A stretch of DNA of 64,000 nt from Candidatus Micrarchaeota archaeon CG1_02_47_40 (GCA_001871475.1 MNVE01000016.1:133343-197342); one strand, 5' to 3'. Numbered from the stretch's first letter, positions 47,566 to 57,607 are shown. Program-made: numbers and translations. The notes: generated from the sequence alone by a model not told the origin.

Positions 47566-47800
47566 TGGCGAAAAAAGTTTCAAAATGCGCATTTTTTCAG
47601 GATTTGATCGGAGTTTGAGCCAATTTTAAGTGTTTTTGGGGGGGATTTCCGAACGAAAATAGGCGTTTTTGGCTCTCTCCTTATTTACGAGGGGAGTTTT
47701 CTTTGCTTTTTTGTTCGGAGTTTGAGCTGGAATTAGAGGGGATTTTGGACGGAAGTCCGAACGAATTATGCTGGAGGGGCTTATTTTGCCGAATTTTAGG
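47566..47800. repeat. complex direct-repeat block B (copy of block at 45440..45780)
   Basis: tttggcgaaaaaagtttcaaaatgcgc, then two units containing tcggagtttgagc...gatttccgaacgaaaataggcgtttttggctctctccttatttacgagg and ttttctttgcttttttgttcggagtttgagctggaatt. Confidence 0.7.
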
Positions 47801-47896
47801 GGAAATTGGCGCGGGGGGCAAGGAAGGAGGAGGGAGTGAAGCTGATTTTGAAGTTTGAGGAGAGGGGAAAAGAAGCGGGCGTAAGGAAAATGGTTT

Positions 47897-50800
47897 TCAG
47901 AAGGAACGGGTGATTTTCCCATATATGAAGTAATCGTTCTTCTTTGTCGGTTCGTATATCCATTCATCAACAACACCAAATCCGAAGTAGCCTGGCTTTC
48001 CGACGATGCTGCCGATTACTCCAAATTCGCCCTGGGCGGTTGCAGAGCGGATTTGCTCGTATTGGGAAAGACCGAGTCCAAGGCATGCCCTAAACTGTCC
48101 AAAGTATTTTTCACCTTTGAAGCCGCCAGTATAAAGCGGCGCACCTTCATCTTCGCCGTATCCTGCCTGCTTCGTGAAATTGAGCATGTAATTGTAAGTC
48201 CTGCCTGCGTGGGTAAAAGTTACCTTCCAAAGGTCTGAATCCACATAAACCCCATTAACCATAATCGGACCCCAGGCAACCCCCCCCTCTGTGGCAATGC
48301 CTCCTTTGCCTATTGGGGAGTTCGGCGGGAGTTTTTCCGCAAAAAGAAGCAGTTTGAAGTTGTCAAGCTTCCAGATGGCGCCCACACCAAGGTTTGTATT
48401 TTTCAGTTTTTCATCCTCCCCAAGGTCAAAACTGGCGACTACAGAGAAATTATCTTTCAAATCAATCATCGTTGAAACGATGTTCCTTTTCTTTCCGCCT
48501 TCAACTCCGGGTGTTTGGGAAAATGAGAGCATCATGCCCGGCGTTCCATCCTCGCTCCTTATTTTCATTGTGAAATCGCGTATGCTGCCTCCTGCAAGCT
48601 GATTGAGAAGGGAGTAATTATCAGCCCCCATGAATGATGATTTCATCGCTTCAGAAACTGTGTAGAGCGCGGCTTTCTTTTCTACCTCAGTTGAGGCAGG
48701 AGTGTTTAAAACTTCCTGATATGCGCCATATGCACTCTTCAGGGCAGTTAAGTCAAGGTTTTGGGGCACGAAAAGCGAGTATGCGCTGTTCTGCGACGGG
48801 TCTGACCAATTTGCCATAACTTCCATGTCTGCAGTTCCAAGCTTGGTTTGGAGATTTGTGGTGTAGCGGTTGTAGCCCTCTTCGTACTTTCTGTATTGAC
48901 TGCGCATTGTCGTTGCGAGATATTTTCCTTCAAATCCTCCAACGAAAGAGTCAAGCTTTTGCCCTTCGCCCGTCTGGGTTTCATCAACGCGCCATGACCC
49001 AAATCCATATCCTCTTGCAAGAAGCCCTGTCTCTCCTTTCTGGCGGGTGTATTCGCCGCTTTGATATCCTATATTCGCCCCTCCAAAGTGCGAATTGCCA
49101 TTATGATCGCTTAGCGCGATTGTAGCGGCAAGTATGCGCTCGTTTTCAAACTCCTTTCTCGCGGAAGTTGATGCTATTCCTATCTGGTTTTGCGCGCCCT
49201 GCGCGAGTTCGCCCTCAACCTTGCTTATGGTTTCCATGTCGCCATAATTTTGCTGAAAAATGTTTCCGGTGCCTGTGCCGGTAAGGTTGCTAAGCTTGTT
49301 CTCGTTTAGAGTATACCAGCCTATTTTCACTTCGTATTTTTCGCCTGATGCCTGCACGGCTTCGGCGCGCTCCCTTTGAACGGTTTGCGCATTGATTCCG
49401 GCAAACTTGATGCTTTTCCCAAGCGCATCGCTTCCAAGCGCAGCATAGAAGCCAGTATGAGTGCCTGCAACATTCTCCTGCCCTAAAGGAACATCATAAA
49501 TTCTCTGCTGGATGCCTACGCTTCCCTGAAACGCGCCTTCATCATATGAGCCAATGCGGGAGAATATGTTTCCTACCTTTTCAATGGAATCCTGTGATGT
49601 AGTATAAAGCGCTTTTCTGACATCGTCTGTCAAAATGAGTTCAACCCAAGTCGTGCCTGCCATGCGCCAATAGACGTGCAAATCATCCATGTAATTGCTT
49701 GTTTCGCTTGTTTGGGCTTGCGAGCCGGTGCTGTGCCAGTCATAATGCATAAGCAGGGAGGATTGGGCATACGGCGAGCTGTTGAGCTGTGCCACAACAT
49801 TTTCGTTGACTGCCTTGTATGACTGGGATTCCTGCTGTGTTGCCTGTAAATTGTATTGAAGATTTCTGATGAGCGCGCCGCCTATGAGCGGCAGTTTGCT
49901 ATTTTGTATTTCAGCGTATGCCTGCTGATTTGTTGAATCTGTGCCTGCATTTTCAGAGGTGGTTGAGATTACGCCTCCGCTTGCGTTTGAGAGGGGGTTT
50001 ATGGAGTTCCAAACTCCTTCTCCAGTTATTCCTTTGTGTTGTGCATTATCAAACGTGTTGCCTCCTGCAAGCGTGCCGTCTAATGAACCGACTCCGCCCA
50101 TTCTCGGAAAACCCCTTCCAAGCGCCCCCTCAAGAGACTCGTCAAGGGCGCGCTGTGCGAACGTTATGTCTGTGTAGTACTCCCTTTCAAGCCCTCTTAA
50201 GAAGAGCCTTGCAAATCCATCCCGCGTCCATTGCCTGTTCTTGAAAGAGTAAAGCTCCCTGCGGCTCTCCTCAAGCTGATAGGGCATCGAGCTTTGGAAT
50301 GTCTGCCCGATTGTGGTTATTGGGTATGGCTCGTCAAATGGTCCGAATAAATGCCTTCCGAATTGGTCGCGCAAAAACCCGAAAACGTTGTCATAAGGCG
50401 AAATCAGATATTCATTAATTCCGGTTATTGCCGATGGCTTTATGTAAATAATTCCCTTGTCGCTGACACCTATCTGTTCATTGGTGAAATTCGCGACAAA
50501 ATTATCCGTATTCAGGTCGTATTGCGCCATGCTTGAGAAAAAGGCGCCAAGCTTTGCTTTCTTTTCCTCTTGGGTGCCCGGATATCCGTAAACGGTCATT
50601 GCATACTCTGCGGTTGAATTGAGTATTTGCAGCCTTGTGGAGTAATCAACCACTGAAATGTCCGGGAATATTTTTTTAAGCAATTTCTCCTGCCCCATAA
50701 GCTCGTGCATTACGGCATTTGATTTTCCCTTATTGGCAGAAAATAGGTCGCGCAGGGGATTTGCACCGTAAATTGAGTTTGAGATTTCATTTATGCCCGT

Positions 50801-52210
50801 ATCTATAGAGAAGGCCGCATTTGCCATGCTGACACTTCCTGTTGCATTCTGTTCGGGATTTTGGAGTATGCCCCAAATCTGGTTCTGGTTTTGGCTAAGC
50901 CAGTCAAGCCCCTGCGTTATGTGCGTAATGCCGCTCATGTCTGCGCCGCCAACATTCATGCCTGCAAGAAGCTGTTGTTTGTAATCAAGAAGCCTGCCAA
51001 GGATTGGGATGAGCTGCATATTAAAAACGTTTTGCGAAAGGCCGTTTGCAGAGCCAAAAAGATTATTCAGATTTGTATATTCCGTCCTGAAAGCCGCTAG
51101 ATATTGCACTGCAGATTCATAGGCAGGCGTCGCATTCAGGTTTAACTGGGAGATTGGCAGTTCTTTGTTGTTTATCAGGCTTATTCCCTTTAGGATTGTT
51201 TCCATATTGTATACTGAACGCCTGTAAAGATACGCCGCTTCCGGTCCGTTTAAGTTGAATACTTGGTCGGGCAGGACGTTCACTGCTGCAAAGCCGGAAA
51301 CCAGCTCATCTGCCGCCGAGGAATTTTTCTGCCTTGCCCTTTCAAGGTTTCCCTTTATCGCGCCTTCTTCAAGAAGTGCGTTTGCAAGTGATTTATACTG
51401 CTCAAGAATGCCTGCATTCTTTCTGATGCCTTGCGTGTTTATGCCGTGTGCAGTTAGGGTTTTGTCGTAGGCGGACATGTCCGGACCATAAACTGCCTTT
51501 ATTGCAAATTCTGCTGCGGCAGGGATTATCAGAAATTTTCCAGCAGCATCCTTCTTTTCAACATCGTCCAGTTTTCCAATCATTTTTTTTATTGCTTCCT
51601 CGTCGCCCATATAATTGAAAATGTATTCCCTTGTGGCATAATCAACTGCGTTTATAAGTGAAACGCATTTTGCGGCATCCCTTGAGAATGCCTGCAGGGA
51701 TTGCCCAATAATTATATTGCTGTTTTTGAGAAGCTCCAATTCCGTTGCGTCATCCCTAATATTGCTGTGTTTGTCGTCCCATTGCTTGCAGAGGGAGTCA
51801 AAACTCTGCAAGTCGTCCCAGTTTGAATAGTTGATTATCTGCATTGTCAGGTTGAAAAAATCTTTCTTAAGCCCAAGCGTATGAAGCGTCTGGTCAAATT
51901 CATTTTTACCTTCTGTTGGGGTGTATTGTGTGTCGTTGTAGACTTTTTTTGGAGTTGAAACGAGAATATCGCTTTTTGGCAGTTGTGTTGGTGGTTCCCC
52001 GGCTTTCTGTAGAAGATTTTCAAGATTTCGCATATATGCAAGCGCCTTGGCTTGCTCATTTGATTTGTATGCACTTTGAAGATTTCTCAATTCCGCCAAA
52101 AGAGAGGGATATCGCTCGGTGCCTTTAAAGGCATCTACCCTCGTTTGAAACTCCTCTATTTGCCTTGGTTCGATGGAAAGTTGCAGGCTGCCCATAATTA
52201 ACACTCTCAC
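47897..52210 (-). CDS. giant hypothetical protein (1437 aa), Gly/aromatic-rich beta-like C-terminus ending in Phe
   Basis: Last gene of a 4-gene operon. The C-terminal ...GYFGFGVVDEWIYEPTKKNDYFIYGKITRSF has alternating aromatic/hydrophobic residues. Confidence 0.6.
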   Translation of the reverse strand: MRVLIMGSLQLSIEPRQIEEFQTRVDAFKGTERYPSLLAELRNLQSAYKSNEQAKALAYMRNLENLLQKAGEPPTQLPKSDILVSTPKKVYNDTQYTPTEGKNEFDQTLHTLGLKKDFFNLTMQIINYSNWDDLQSFDSLCKQWDDKHSNIRDDATELELLKNSNIIIGQSLQAFSRDAAKCVSLINAVDYATREYIFNYMGDEEAIKKMIGKLDDVEKKDAAGKFLIIPAAAEFAIKAVYGPDMSAYDKTLTAHGINTQGIRKNAGILEQYKSLANALLEEGAIKGNLERARQKNSSAADELVSGFAAVNVLPDQVFNLNGPEAAYLYRRSVYNMETILKGISLINNKELPISQLNLNATPAYESAVQYLAAFRTEYTNLNNLFGSANGLSQNVFNMQLIPILGRLLDYKQQLLAGMNVGGADMSGITHITQGLDWLSQNQNQIWGILQNPEQNATGSVSMANAAFSIDTGINEISNSIYGANPLRDLFSANKGKSNAVMHELMGQEKLLKKIFPDISVVDYSTRLQILNSTAEYAMTVYGYPGTQEEKKAKLGAFFSSMAQYDLNTDNFVANFTNEQIGVSDKGIIYIKPSAITGINEYLISPYDNVFGFLRDQFGRHLFGPFDEPYPITTIGQTFQSSMPYQLEESRRELYSFKNRQWTRDGFARLFLRGLEREYYTDITFAQRALDESLEGALGRGFPRMGGVGSLDGTLAGGNTFDNAQHKGITGEGVWNSINPLSNASGGVISTTSENAGTDSTNQQAYAEIQNSKLPLIGGALIRNLQYNLQATQQESQSYKAVNENVVAQLNSSPYAQSSLLMHYDWHSTGSQAQTSETSNYMDDLHVYWRMAGTTWVELILTDDVRKALYTTSQDSIEKVGNIFSRIGSYDEGAFQGSVGIQQRIYDVPLGQENVAGTHTGFYAALGSDALGKSIKFAGINAQTVQRERAEAVQASGEKYEVKIGWYTLNENKLSNLTGTGTGNIFQQNYGDMETISKVEGELAQGAQNQIGIASTSARKEFENERILAATIALSDHNGNSHFGGANIGYQSGEYTRQKGETGLLARGYGFGSWRVDETQTGEGQKLDSFVGGFEGKYLATTMRSQYRKYEEGYNRYTTNLQTKLGTADMEVMANWSDPSQNSAYSLFVPQNLDLTALKSAYGAYQEVLNTPASTEVEKKAALYTVSEAMKSSFMGADNYSLLNQLAGGSIRDFTMKIRSEDGTPGMMLSFSQTPGVEGGKKRNIVSTMIDLKDNFSVVASFDLGEDEKLKNTNLGVGAIWKLDNFKLLLFAEKLPPNSPIGKGGIATEGGVAWGPIMVNGVYVDSDLWKVTFTHAGRTYNYMLNFTKQAGYGEDEGAPLYTGGFKGEKYFGQFRACLGLGLSQYEQIRSATAQGEFGVIGSIVGKPGYFGFGVVDEWIYEPTKKNDYFIYGKITRSF

Positions 52211-54324
52211 TTAAGCGTTTGGAGATAGAGTATCCTGTTGCTATCGGTTGTAAAGGTATTGAGATCGGTTGCGATTTGAATGAACTCATTTTCGTTGCGA
52301 CTTAATCCGCTAAGTTTAGTTTCAAGCTCGGGAGATATTGAAAGATTCAGTGTGTTCTTCACGAAACCAACCAAATCCGCGCTGCTTTTCACTTCCTCCG
52401 CCTTAATCGGCGCTTGGGCTGGCGTTTCCTCCACCTGCGCTTTTACTGACACTGATTCAGGCAACTCTTCTACCTCCGAATTTTCTTCAGCACTTGTGCC
52501 CGACACGCTAACCTCAAACTCCAGCAGTCCGGCGTCTTTGTAGGCTTCGCTGGCTTTCACTATCTTGTAGGCTTCTTTCAGGCGTTCAGATGAAGACTCA
52601 AGTTCAATAAGTTCGACATACTTGCTTTTAATTGCCTCAAAAAATTCCTTATTTTCAAGCATATGCCGAATCATCTCGGGATTTATCTTCTGGTATTCTT
52701 CACTGCCCATATTGCAGGCTGTAAGGAAATTCTTTAGAGTTTCGGCGTTTTTATCTATCTCTTCTTTCTTCCCTGACTGGAAGTTCTCTTTCAGGTTCCC
52801 TGCACGGTCATTTGCAATTTGACTGATAACATTCCTTAAAGTCACTTTATTGCCGTCTGCGTTCTTGAAAAGAGTGTCGTCTATGTTTCCGGCGCTTATC
52901 CTGCCTGCCTCCTCTTTTGCGTTTGCAAGAAGCTTCTCTTTGTTTTTTGCGTCCTGGCTGATGAGGCTTTTCAGAGTTGTCTCAAGGGTTGCATCAGTTA
53001 TTTCGTATTTGCCGGTTCCCTTCCCATTTTTCTTTATTTCCTTGGCAATTCCGGCAAACTCGGCGCACGCAAGATAGAGTTTCTTATCGTCTTTGTTCGT
53101 CACGTTCGCAAGCCCTGCAAGGTATGCCGACTGCGCCTCGGTTGAGGGCTCAACGAAGAGGGTGTTGTTAGTGCGGTAAGTAATGAGGATTTGGAGAAGC
53201 TCGGAGGAAGCAAATGAGCGCTCGGGTGCGCTGTTGAGAGCGGAGACTGTTGTTTTTCTTCCATTGATGTATAGAGCCGGCTCCTGCAAGCTGATTGCGC
53301 TTGCGATTGCGTTTTTTGCTTGGCTGACGATGGCGTTGATGGTGGAGATGATTGCTTCCCCATTTGGTATGGGTGCTTCGGATTGCACTTCAGTGACATC
53401 AGGCTTTTTCTCAACCGGCTCGTAGTTTCCCTTTATTCCGGTTAATATGTCTGTCCACTTGTCTTTCCATTTCTGCGTTGTCGCAAGAGAGTTCAGGAGC
53501 TCGCTTTGAACGCCCCCATCCTTGTCAAACATCTTCTCAAGCATCGCATCTGCGGTTTCCGCCTTCAGCCCGTCAGCTATTGTTTTTGCCTTCGGATATC
53601 CCTTTGCGGTGAAAAGCGCGAAAAGCTCCCTGAAAAGAAGGGTTTGTTTTTCATCAAGCAGAGTGTTTGCATCCTTTTTTTGCAGATAGCCGACAAACTC
53701 GCTTCTCTTGTGCTTTGTCCTGTCTATAAGCCCGTTCTCAAACATCCATCTTAAAGCAAAGAACGCGCCTTCCTTCATCATCTTCTGCTTCAGGTCGGCT
53801 CCGGTTATGTCCTTGCCCTCTGCCGAGTAGGTGCTGCTGTCTTTTATCTTTTCTTCGGTCGCGGTGTTGAAGAAAGGAATATTGCCAAGAAGGACTTTTT
53901 TGTCGGCTTCTGAAATCAGCTTATTGTATATTGGGCTGAAAACGCCGTCTATGTGAGTGTATGAGAGCGTTTTGGCGGCTGCCGGTGTTGCCGCGTTTTC
54001 AGTTGCAGTAATTCTGTTCAAATCCGCAATGAAATCGTCTACTTTAGAATAATTCTTGTCAGTGCCAGTAAATCCGAAATGGGAAAGATACATGCGCTTC
54101 AAAGAGTTGCCGGAAGTGCGGCAGATATTCCAAGTTGAGTCTATTTTTTGAGTTTTAATGTAATCTAAAGCTTCAACTGCTGTTTCAGCTGCGTTTGTTT
54201 TATTCGGTGGGTTTTCTTTGAGGCAAGTTATTATGCTGTTGCGAAATTTTGCGAGTTCCTTCTCCTGCTCTTGGGAAACCACAGTTTTTTTCAACTGCAA
54301 CTCAAATAAAAACACCATGTTCAT
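52207..54324 (-). CDS. hypothetical helical Lys/Glu-rich protein (705 aa)
   Basis: 4-nt overlap with the downstream giant gene. No motif recognised. Confidence 0.55.
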   Translation of the reverse strand: MNMVFLFELQLKKTVVSQEQEKELAKFRNSIITCLKENPPNKTNAAETAVEALDYIKTQKIDSTWNICRTSGNSLKRMYLSHFGFTGTDKNYSKVDDFIADLNRITATENAATPAAAKTLSYTHIDGVFSPIYNKLISEADKKVLLGNIPFFNTATEEKIKDSSTYSAEGKDITGADLKQKMMKEGAFFALRWMFENGLIDRTKHKRSEFVGYLQKKDANTLLDEKQTLLFRELFALFTAKGYPKAKTIADGLKAETADAMLEKMFDKDGGVQSELLNSLATTQKWKDKWTDILTGIKGNYEPVEKKPDVTEVQSEAPIPNGEAIISTINAIVSQAKNAIASAISLQEPALYINGRKTTVSALNSAPERSFASSELLQILITYRTNNTLFVEPSTEAQSAYLAGLANVTNKDDKKLYLACAEFAGIAKEIKKNGKGTGKYEITDATLETTLKSLISQDAKNKEKLLANAKEEAGRISAGNIDDTLFKNADGNKVTLRNVISQIANDRAGNLKENFQSGKKEEIDKNAETLKNFLTACNMGSEEYQKINPEMIRHMLENKEFFEAIKSKYVELIELESSSERLKEAYKIVKASEAYKDAGLLEFEVSVSGTSAEENSEVEELPESVSVKAQVEETPAQAPIKAEEVKSSADLVGFVKNTLNLSISPELETKLSGLSRNENEFIQIATDLNTFTTDSNRILYLQTLK

Positions 54325-54337
54325 CAGCCTCCTTAAA

Positions 54338-56410
54338 TCATTTTAAAGTTTCTTCTATCGCGGCGTCAAAATCATCTTTATTCTTTATGGAATTTTTCTT
54401 CTTTTTTAACTCCTCTGCCAAAGCTTCTCTTAAGTCGTTTATGCTGTTGTTGGGGTGCCTTTTTTGCAGTGTGCCGTCAAACTCGCCTTTTTCCACGTCT
54501 GAAAGGGCGGCATCAAAGCTGAAGGTCGTGTCCTGCGCTGCCGGTTGCAGGAATTTTTTCAGCTCCTCTCCAAGAATTTTTTGTTTTGTGGAGTCGGTTA
54601 TCTCTTCAAACCGTAAATTCAAGCTGTCTTTTAGGGCTTGCATCTTCGTGCTGTCGCCTCCGAGTATTTCGTATGGGGTGGTAATAATTTTCACCGTGCC
54701 CCCAGGGGCTTTTTCCCAGTTGATAGGTGTATTTCCTATTTGAACTATCCAGTCTTTGGTGACAGATTTTTTGGCTTCGTTTAGTGCTTCATCCTGTTTT
54801 TTCTGCTTTTCCAGCTGCTGCTTCGTTTGTTCTTCCTGCGCTTTTTGTGCCGCTTCGTTCGCTTCGTGCTTTTGGGCGGATTTTTGCGCAGTAGAATTAA
54901 AGTAGAATTTTCTTGGGAGGACCGATTCTGCGGCAAAGGCGGGTTGGCGCGCCCAAAGTTTCGCGTCTGCCAGCAATGGCTTTGCCACACGAATGGCCCC
55001 TTCACCGATAACGCCTCCAAGGTAAGCAGGTGAGTATGCCGCCCCTATCCCGATATTTGCCAGCTTTGTTTGCCCCGCCATATGCTCCACCCTATGTTCA
55101 TCTACCCACTTAAGTGGAGAAACTCCTTTTGGTTTCCATTTTCTAAGCCGGACTCCCAAGCCCTTGATTTTCTTAGTGCTGGTTGCTATTGCTTTTCCAG
55201 CTCCCTCGTTGAGGAGTTGTGATGCTGTTTTTTCTCCGATTTCACTGCCTGCGTTTCCAATTACATTTTTTCCTGCGCCCATGGCGATGTCATACTCGTC
55301 AACAACCTTCAGCGATACTCCATTTTCCCCGAATTCCAGAGATAATTTAGCATTCGGATTGCGGCGCAATTTGCGAGAAACCTCCAAAGCAACGGTTTCC
55401 ATATCCTTTACGAAAGAATTGTAAACCTCCCTAAGCTCGGGATTACTGAAAAGAGTTTTTCCTTTTCCCTCTAAAAGAACCGTCGCGCCTCCGGCAGTTA
55501 CTTCCCTTCCTGTTTTGGTGGAAACGTCAATGGCTGTCTTTTCTACTGCTTGGTTGAACTCATCCACATGCTGTTTTAGGAACTTCGCAGTTGCGTCCTC
55601 AATTTCCTCCCGAGTTATGGCTCCTCCTTTGTTTTTTATCAGCGCAAACAAATCTTCTGCAGTCGCATTCTTGACGTAATCAATAGGATTTGTGTTCTTT
55701 AGGATGTATTTAGGTGCGTTTAGCGCAAAATCGCTGTAAGCTTGGGAGAGCGCCCTCCTTGCCGCTTGGGAGGTTATGGCATCCGCCATCATCTTCTCGG
55801 CTTGTTTGGCGCTTAACTCACCTGCGGCTTTCACGGCTTCGGCTTCCGTTGCCGTTTGGATAAGCTTCGTTTCAGCAACGCTTTTTGTGACTGGGTTGCC
55901 GGCTGCCAGTTTTACTGCGAGATCGGCACTTTTTATAGCATTACTCTCACTTCTTTCCAAAACTGCGCGCTTGACAAGCTCCTTGCTTGGCGGCATAAAT
56001 CCCTCCTCCAGTGCCACCTGCGCAAGCGGTTTTACTGCTCGTTCTGCGACTTGCCTTCCAAGTTTTTTTTCTGCTTCTTTGGCGGTGTCTTCAATCATCT
56101 TCTTGGCTACCTTTACAGCTATTGGGCGCAGCGCCATTGCCTCCGCCTTGAGCATAATCCCGACAGGAGGGTATAACAGTGCGGCATCACCTACAAGAGA
56201 GATTGCAAAAGCACTTGCCATGATTCCTGCCGCCCCCCACTGTCCGCGTGCGGTGTAACATATTCCGTCTTTGAATGCTATGGCTGTGCCGGTTATGGGG
56301 AGCCACTCAAGCGCCTTCTCGGTCTGTGTTTTCCCCTTTTCAGGGTTTATCCAACTTCCAGTAATCAGCTTATCCCAATTACTCGGCTTTTCTTGTTGAG
56401 TTTGAGTCAT
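54338..56410 (-). CDS. hypothetical protein (690 aa) with N-terminal hydrophobic hairpin and Ala/Lys/Glu-rich helical body
   Basis: GAAGIMASAFAISLVGDAALLYPPVGIM hydrophobic segment near the N-terminus. Start coupled to the stop of the upstream 161-aa gene (shared nt 56410). Confidence 0.55.
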   Translation of the reverse strand: MTQTQQEKPSNWDKLITGSWINPEKGKTQTEKALEWLPITGTAIAFKDGICYTARGQWGAAGIMASAFAISLVGDAALLYPPVGIMLKAEAMALRPIAVKVAKKMIEDTAKEAEKKLGRQVAERAVKPLAQVALEEGFMPPSKELVKRAVLERSESNAIKSADLAVKLAAGNPVTKSVAETKLIQTATEAEAVKAAGELSAKQAEKMMADAITSQAARRALSQAYSDFALNAPKYILKNTNPIDYVKNATAEDLFALIKNKGGAITREEIEDATAKFLKQHVDEFNQAVEKTAIDVSTKTGREVTAGGATVLLEGKGKTLFSNPELREVYNSFVKDMETVALEVSRKLRRNPNAKLSLEFGENGVSLKVVDEYDIAMGAGKNVIGNAGSEIGEKTASQLLNEGAGKAIATSTKKIKGLGVRLRKWKPKGVSPLKWVDEHRVEHMAGQTKLANIGIGAAYSPAYLGGVIGEGAIRVAKPLLADAKLWARQPAFAAESVLPRKFYFNSTAQKSAQKHEANEAAQKAQEEQTKQQLEKQKKQDEALNEAKKSVTKDWIVQIGNTPINWEKAPGGTVKIITTPYEILGGDSTKMQALKDSLNLRFEEITDSTKQKILGEELKKFLQPAAQDTTFSFDAALSDVEKGEFDGTLQKRHPNNSINDLREALAEELKKKKNSIKNKDDFDAAIEETLK

Positions 56411-56895
56411 TATTCCACCCCTCTAGCATAGCTTACAAAACTCTCTGCAGCTTCTTTTCCCCTATGTTCATTAAGCCAATTTTGAATGTGTGTAAAATTT
56501 GCCTTGTATTCTTTATTTCCGTCTATTTCCATTTTGAATTTCGGGGATTTTTCATACATGGCATAAACAAGGACAGAATAAACTGTGGCTACGTTTGCTG
56601 ATTCAGCAAGAAGCGCATTTTTCTCCTCCTCGCTCTTTGCAGATGAATAGCGGTTTTGGAGGTCGCGCACATAATTTATTGCAAGCGCATTTGAGAACCA
56701 ATCAGAATACTTCATTATTTTCAGTATTTCTTCCGGGTTTGTTATTTCCTTTGACTTATCAAACAGTATTTTCTTCCCCTCAAGAGTAACAGCTTCAATG
56801 AACTGCGCCTTCTTATCCAATTTCAGCTTCGGGACTATTCCCTTTAATGAAACTTTCACCATGTTTTTTTGAGGTTTATCCGCCAAGTAAATCAC
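56410..56895 (-). CDS. hypothetical protein (161 aa), first gene of giant-protein operon
   Basis: A GAGGTGATT SD precedes ATG 56895, with a TATA-like box ~35 nt further upstream. Confidence 0.5.
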   Translation of the reverse strand: MIYLADKPQKNMVKVSLKGIVPKLKLDKKAQFIEAVTLEGKKILFDKSKEITNPEEILKIMKYSDWFSNALAINYVRDLQNRYSSAKSEEEKNALLAESANVATVYSVLVYAMYEKSPKFKMEIDGNKEYKANFTHIQNWLNEHRGKEAAESFVSYARGVE

Positions 56896-56927
56896 CTCTC
56901 GTTTGTATGAAGAAAATAGGATTATTC

Positions 56928-56940
56928 TTATTTATAAATC
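56928..56940 (-). promoter_or_regulatory. TATA-box-like element (TTTATAAATA in gene orientation) for the 56895..47897 operon
   Basis: Minus-sense sequence ggaTTTATAAATAag lies ~35-45 nt upstream of ATG 56895. Confidence 0.4.
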
Positions 56941-56969
56941 CATATGTAGTATTTTGGGGGAGATAATGG

Positions 56970-57503
56970 TTATTCCGCCTCCTTTAACGCCTTTCCCACT
57001 TCCTTCCCAAACGCATACGCCGACTTTGGCCCGTTTGCAGTGATTATTCTCCCGTCCCTCTCCACATCGCGGGAAGTAAAAAGCGCGCCTGCCTCTTTTA
57101 GCATGGAAATGGTTTTCTCATCTGCAAAACCAGTTACATTTCTGTTTTTTGCCAAATTCGCAGCAGCAAGTATTCGTGGGGCTATGCATATCGCTCCAAT
57201 CGCCAGCCCGCTCTTATAACTCTCCTGCGCAAGCTCAATCAATCCTTTATTCTGTGCAAAGCCAAACTCTTCAAAGCCCCCTCCCCCAACGAAAATTATG
57301 GCGGAATAATCGGAAACTTTTACCTCGTCGCTACTCAAATTCACCTCTATCTCCCTTCCAAGCGCCCCTACTGCGTTCCCTTTTTTCGTGCTTGCAACTT
57401 CAGAAACAAAGCCTTCTTCATCCAGCGCCCGCACAGTCTCAAAGAGCTCCTCATCTCTGAAATTGCGCGGAGCGATTATGAAAAGAACCTTTTTTTCCTG
57501 CAT
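56970..57503 (-). CDS. DJ-1/PfpI-family intracellular protease/glyoxalase
   Basis: LAIGAICIAPRILA (nucleophile Cys elbow) and IFVGGGG. Confidence 0.8.
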   Translation of the reverse strand: MQEKKVLFIIAPRNFRDEELFETVRALDEEGFVSEVASTKKGNAVGALGREIEVNLSSDEVKVSDYSAIIFVGGGGFEEFGFAQNKGLIELAQESYKSGLAIGAICIAPRILAAANLAKNRNVTGFADEKTISMLKEAGALFTSRDVERDGRIITANGPKSAYAFGKEVGKALKEAE

Positions 57504-57607
57504 GAAAACACCTCATTCTTTTGGATGCGTTAGCTTCGCCAAGACACAAATGTTTCGTTTTGTTAGAACATTTAGAGCTAAAATGTTCTAGTATATTAGA
57601 ACAGTTC

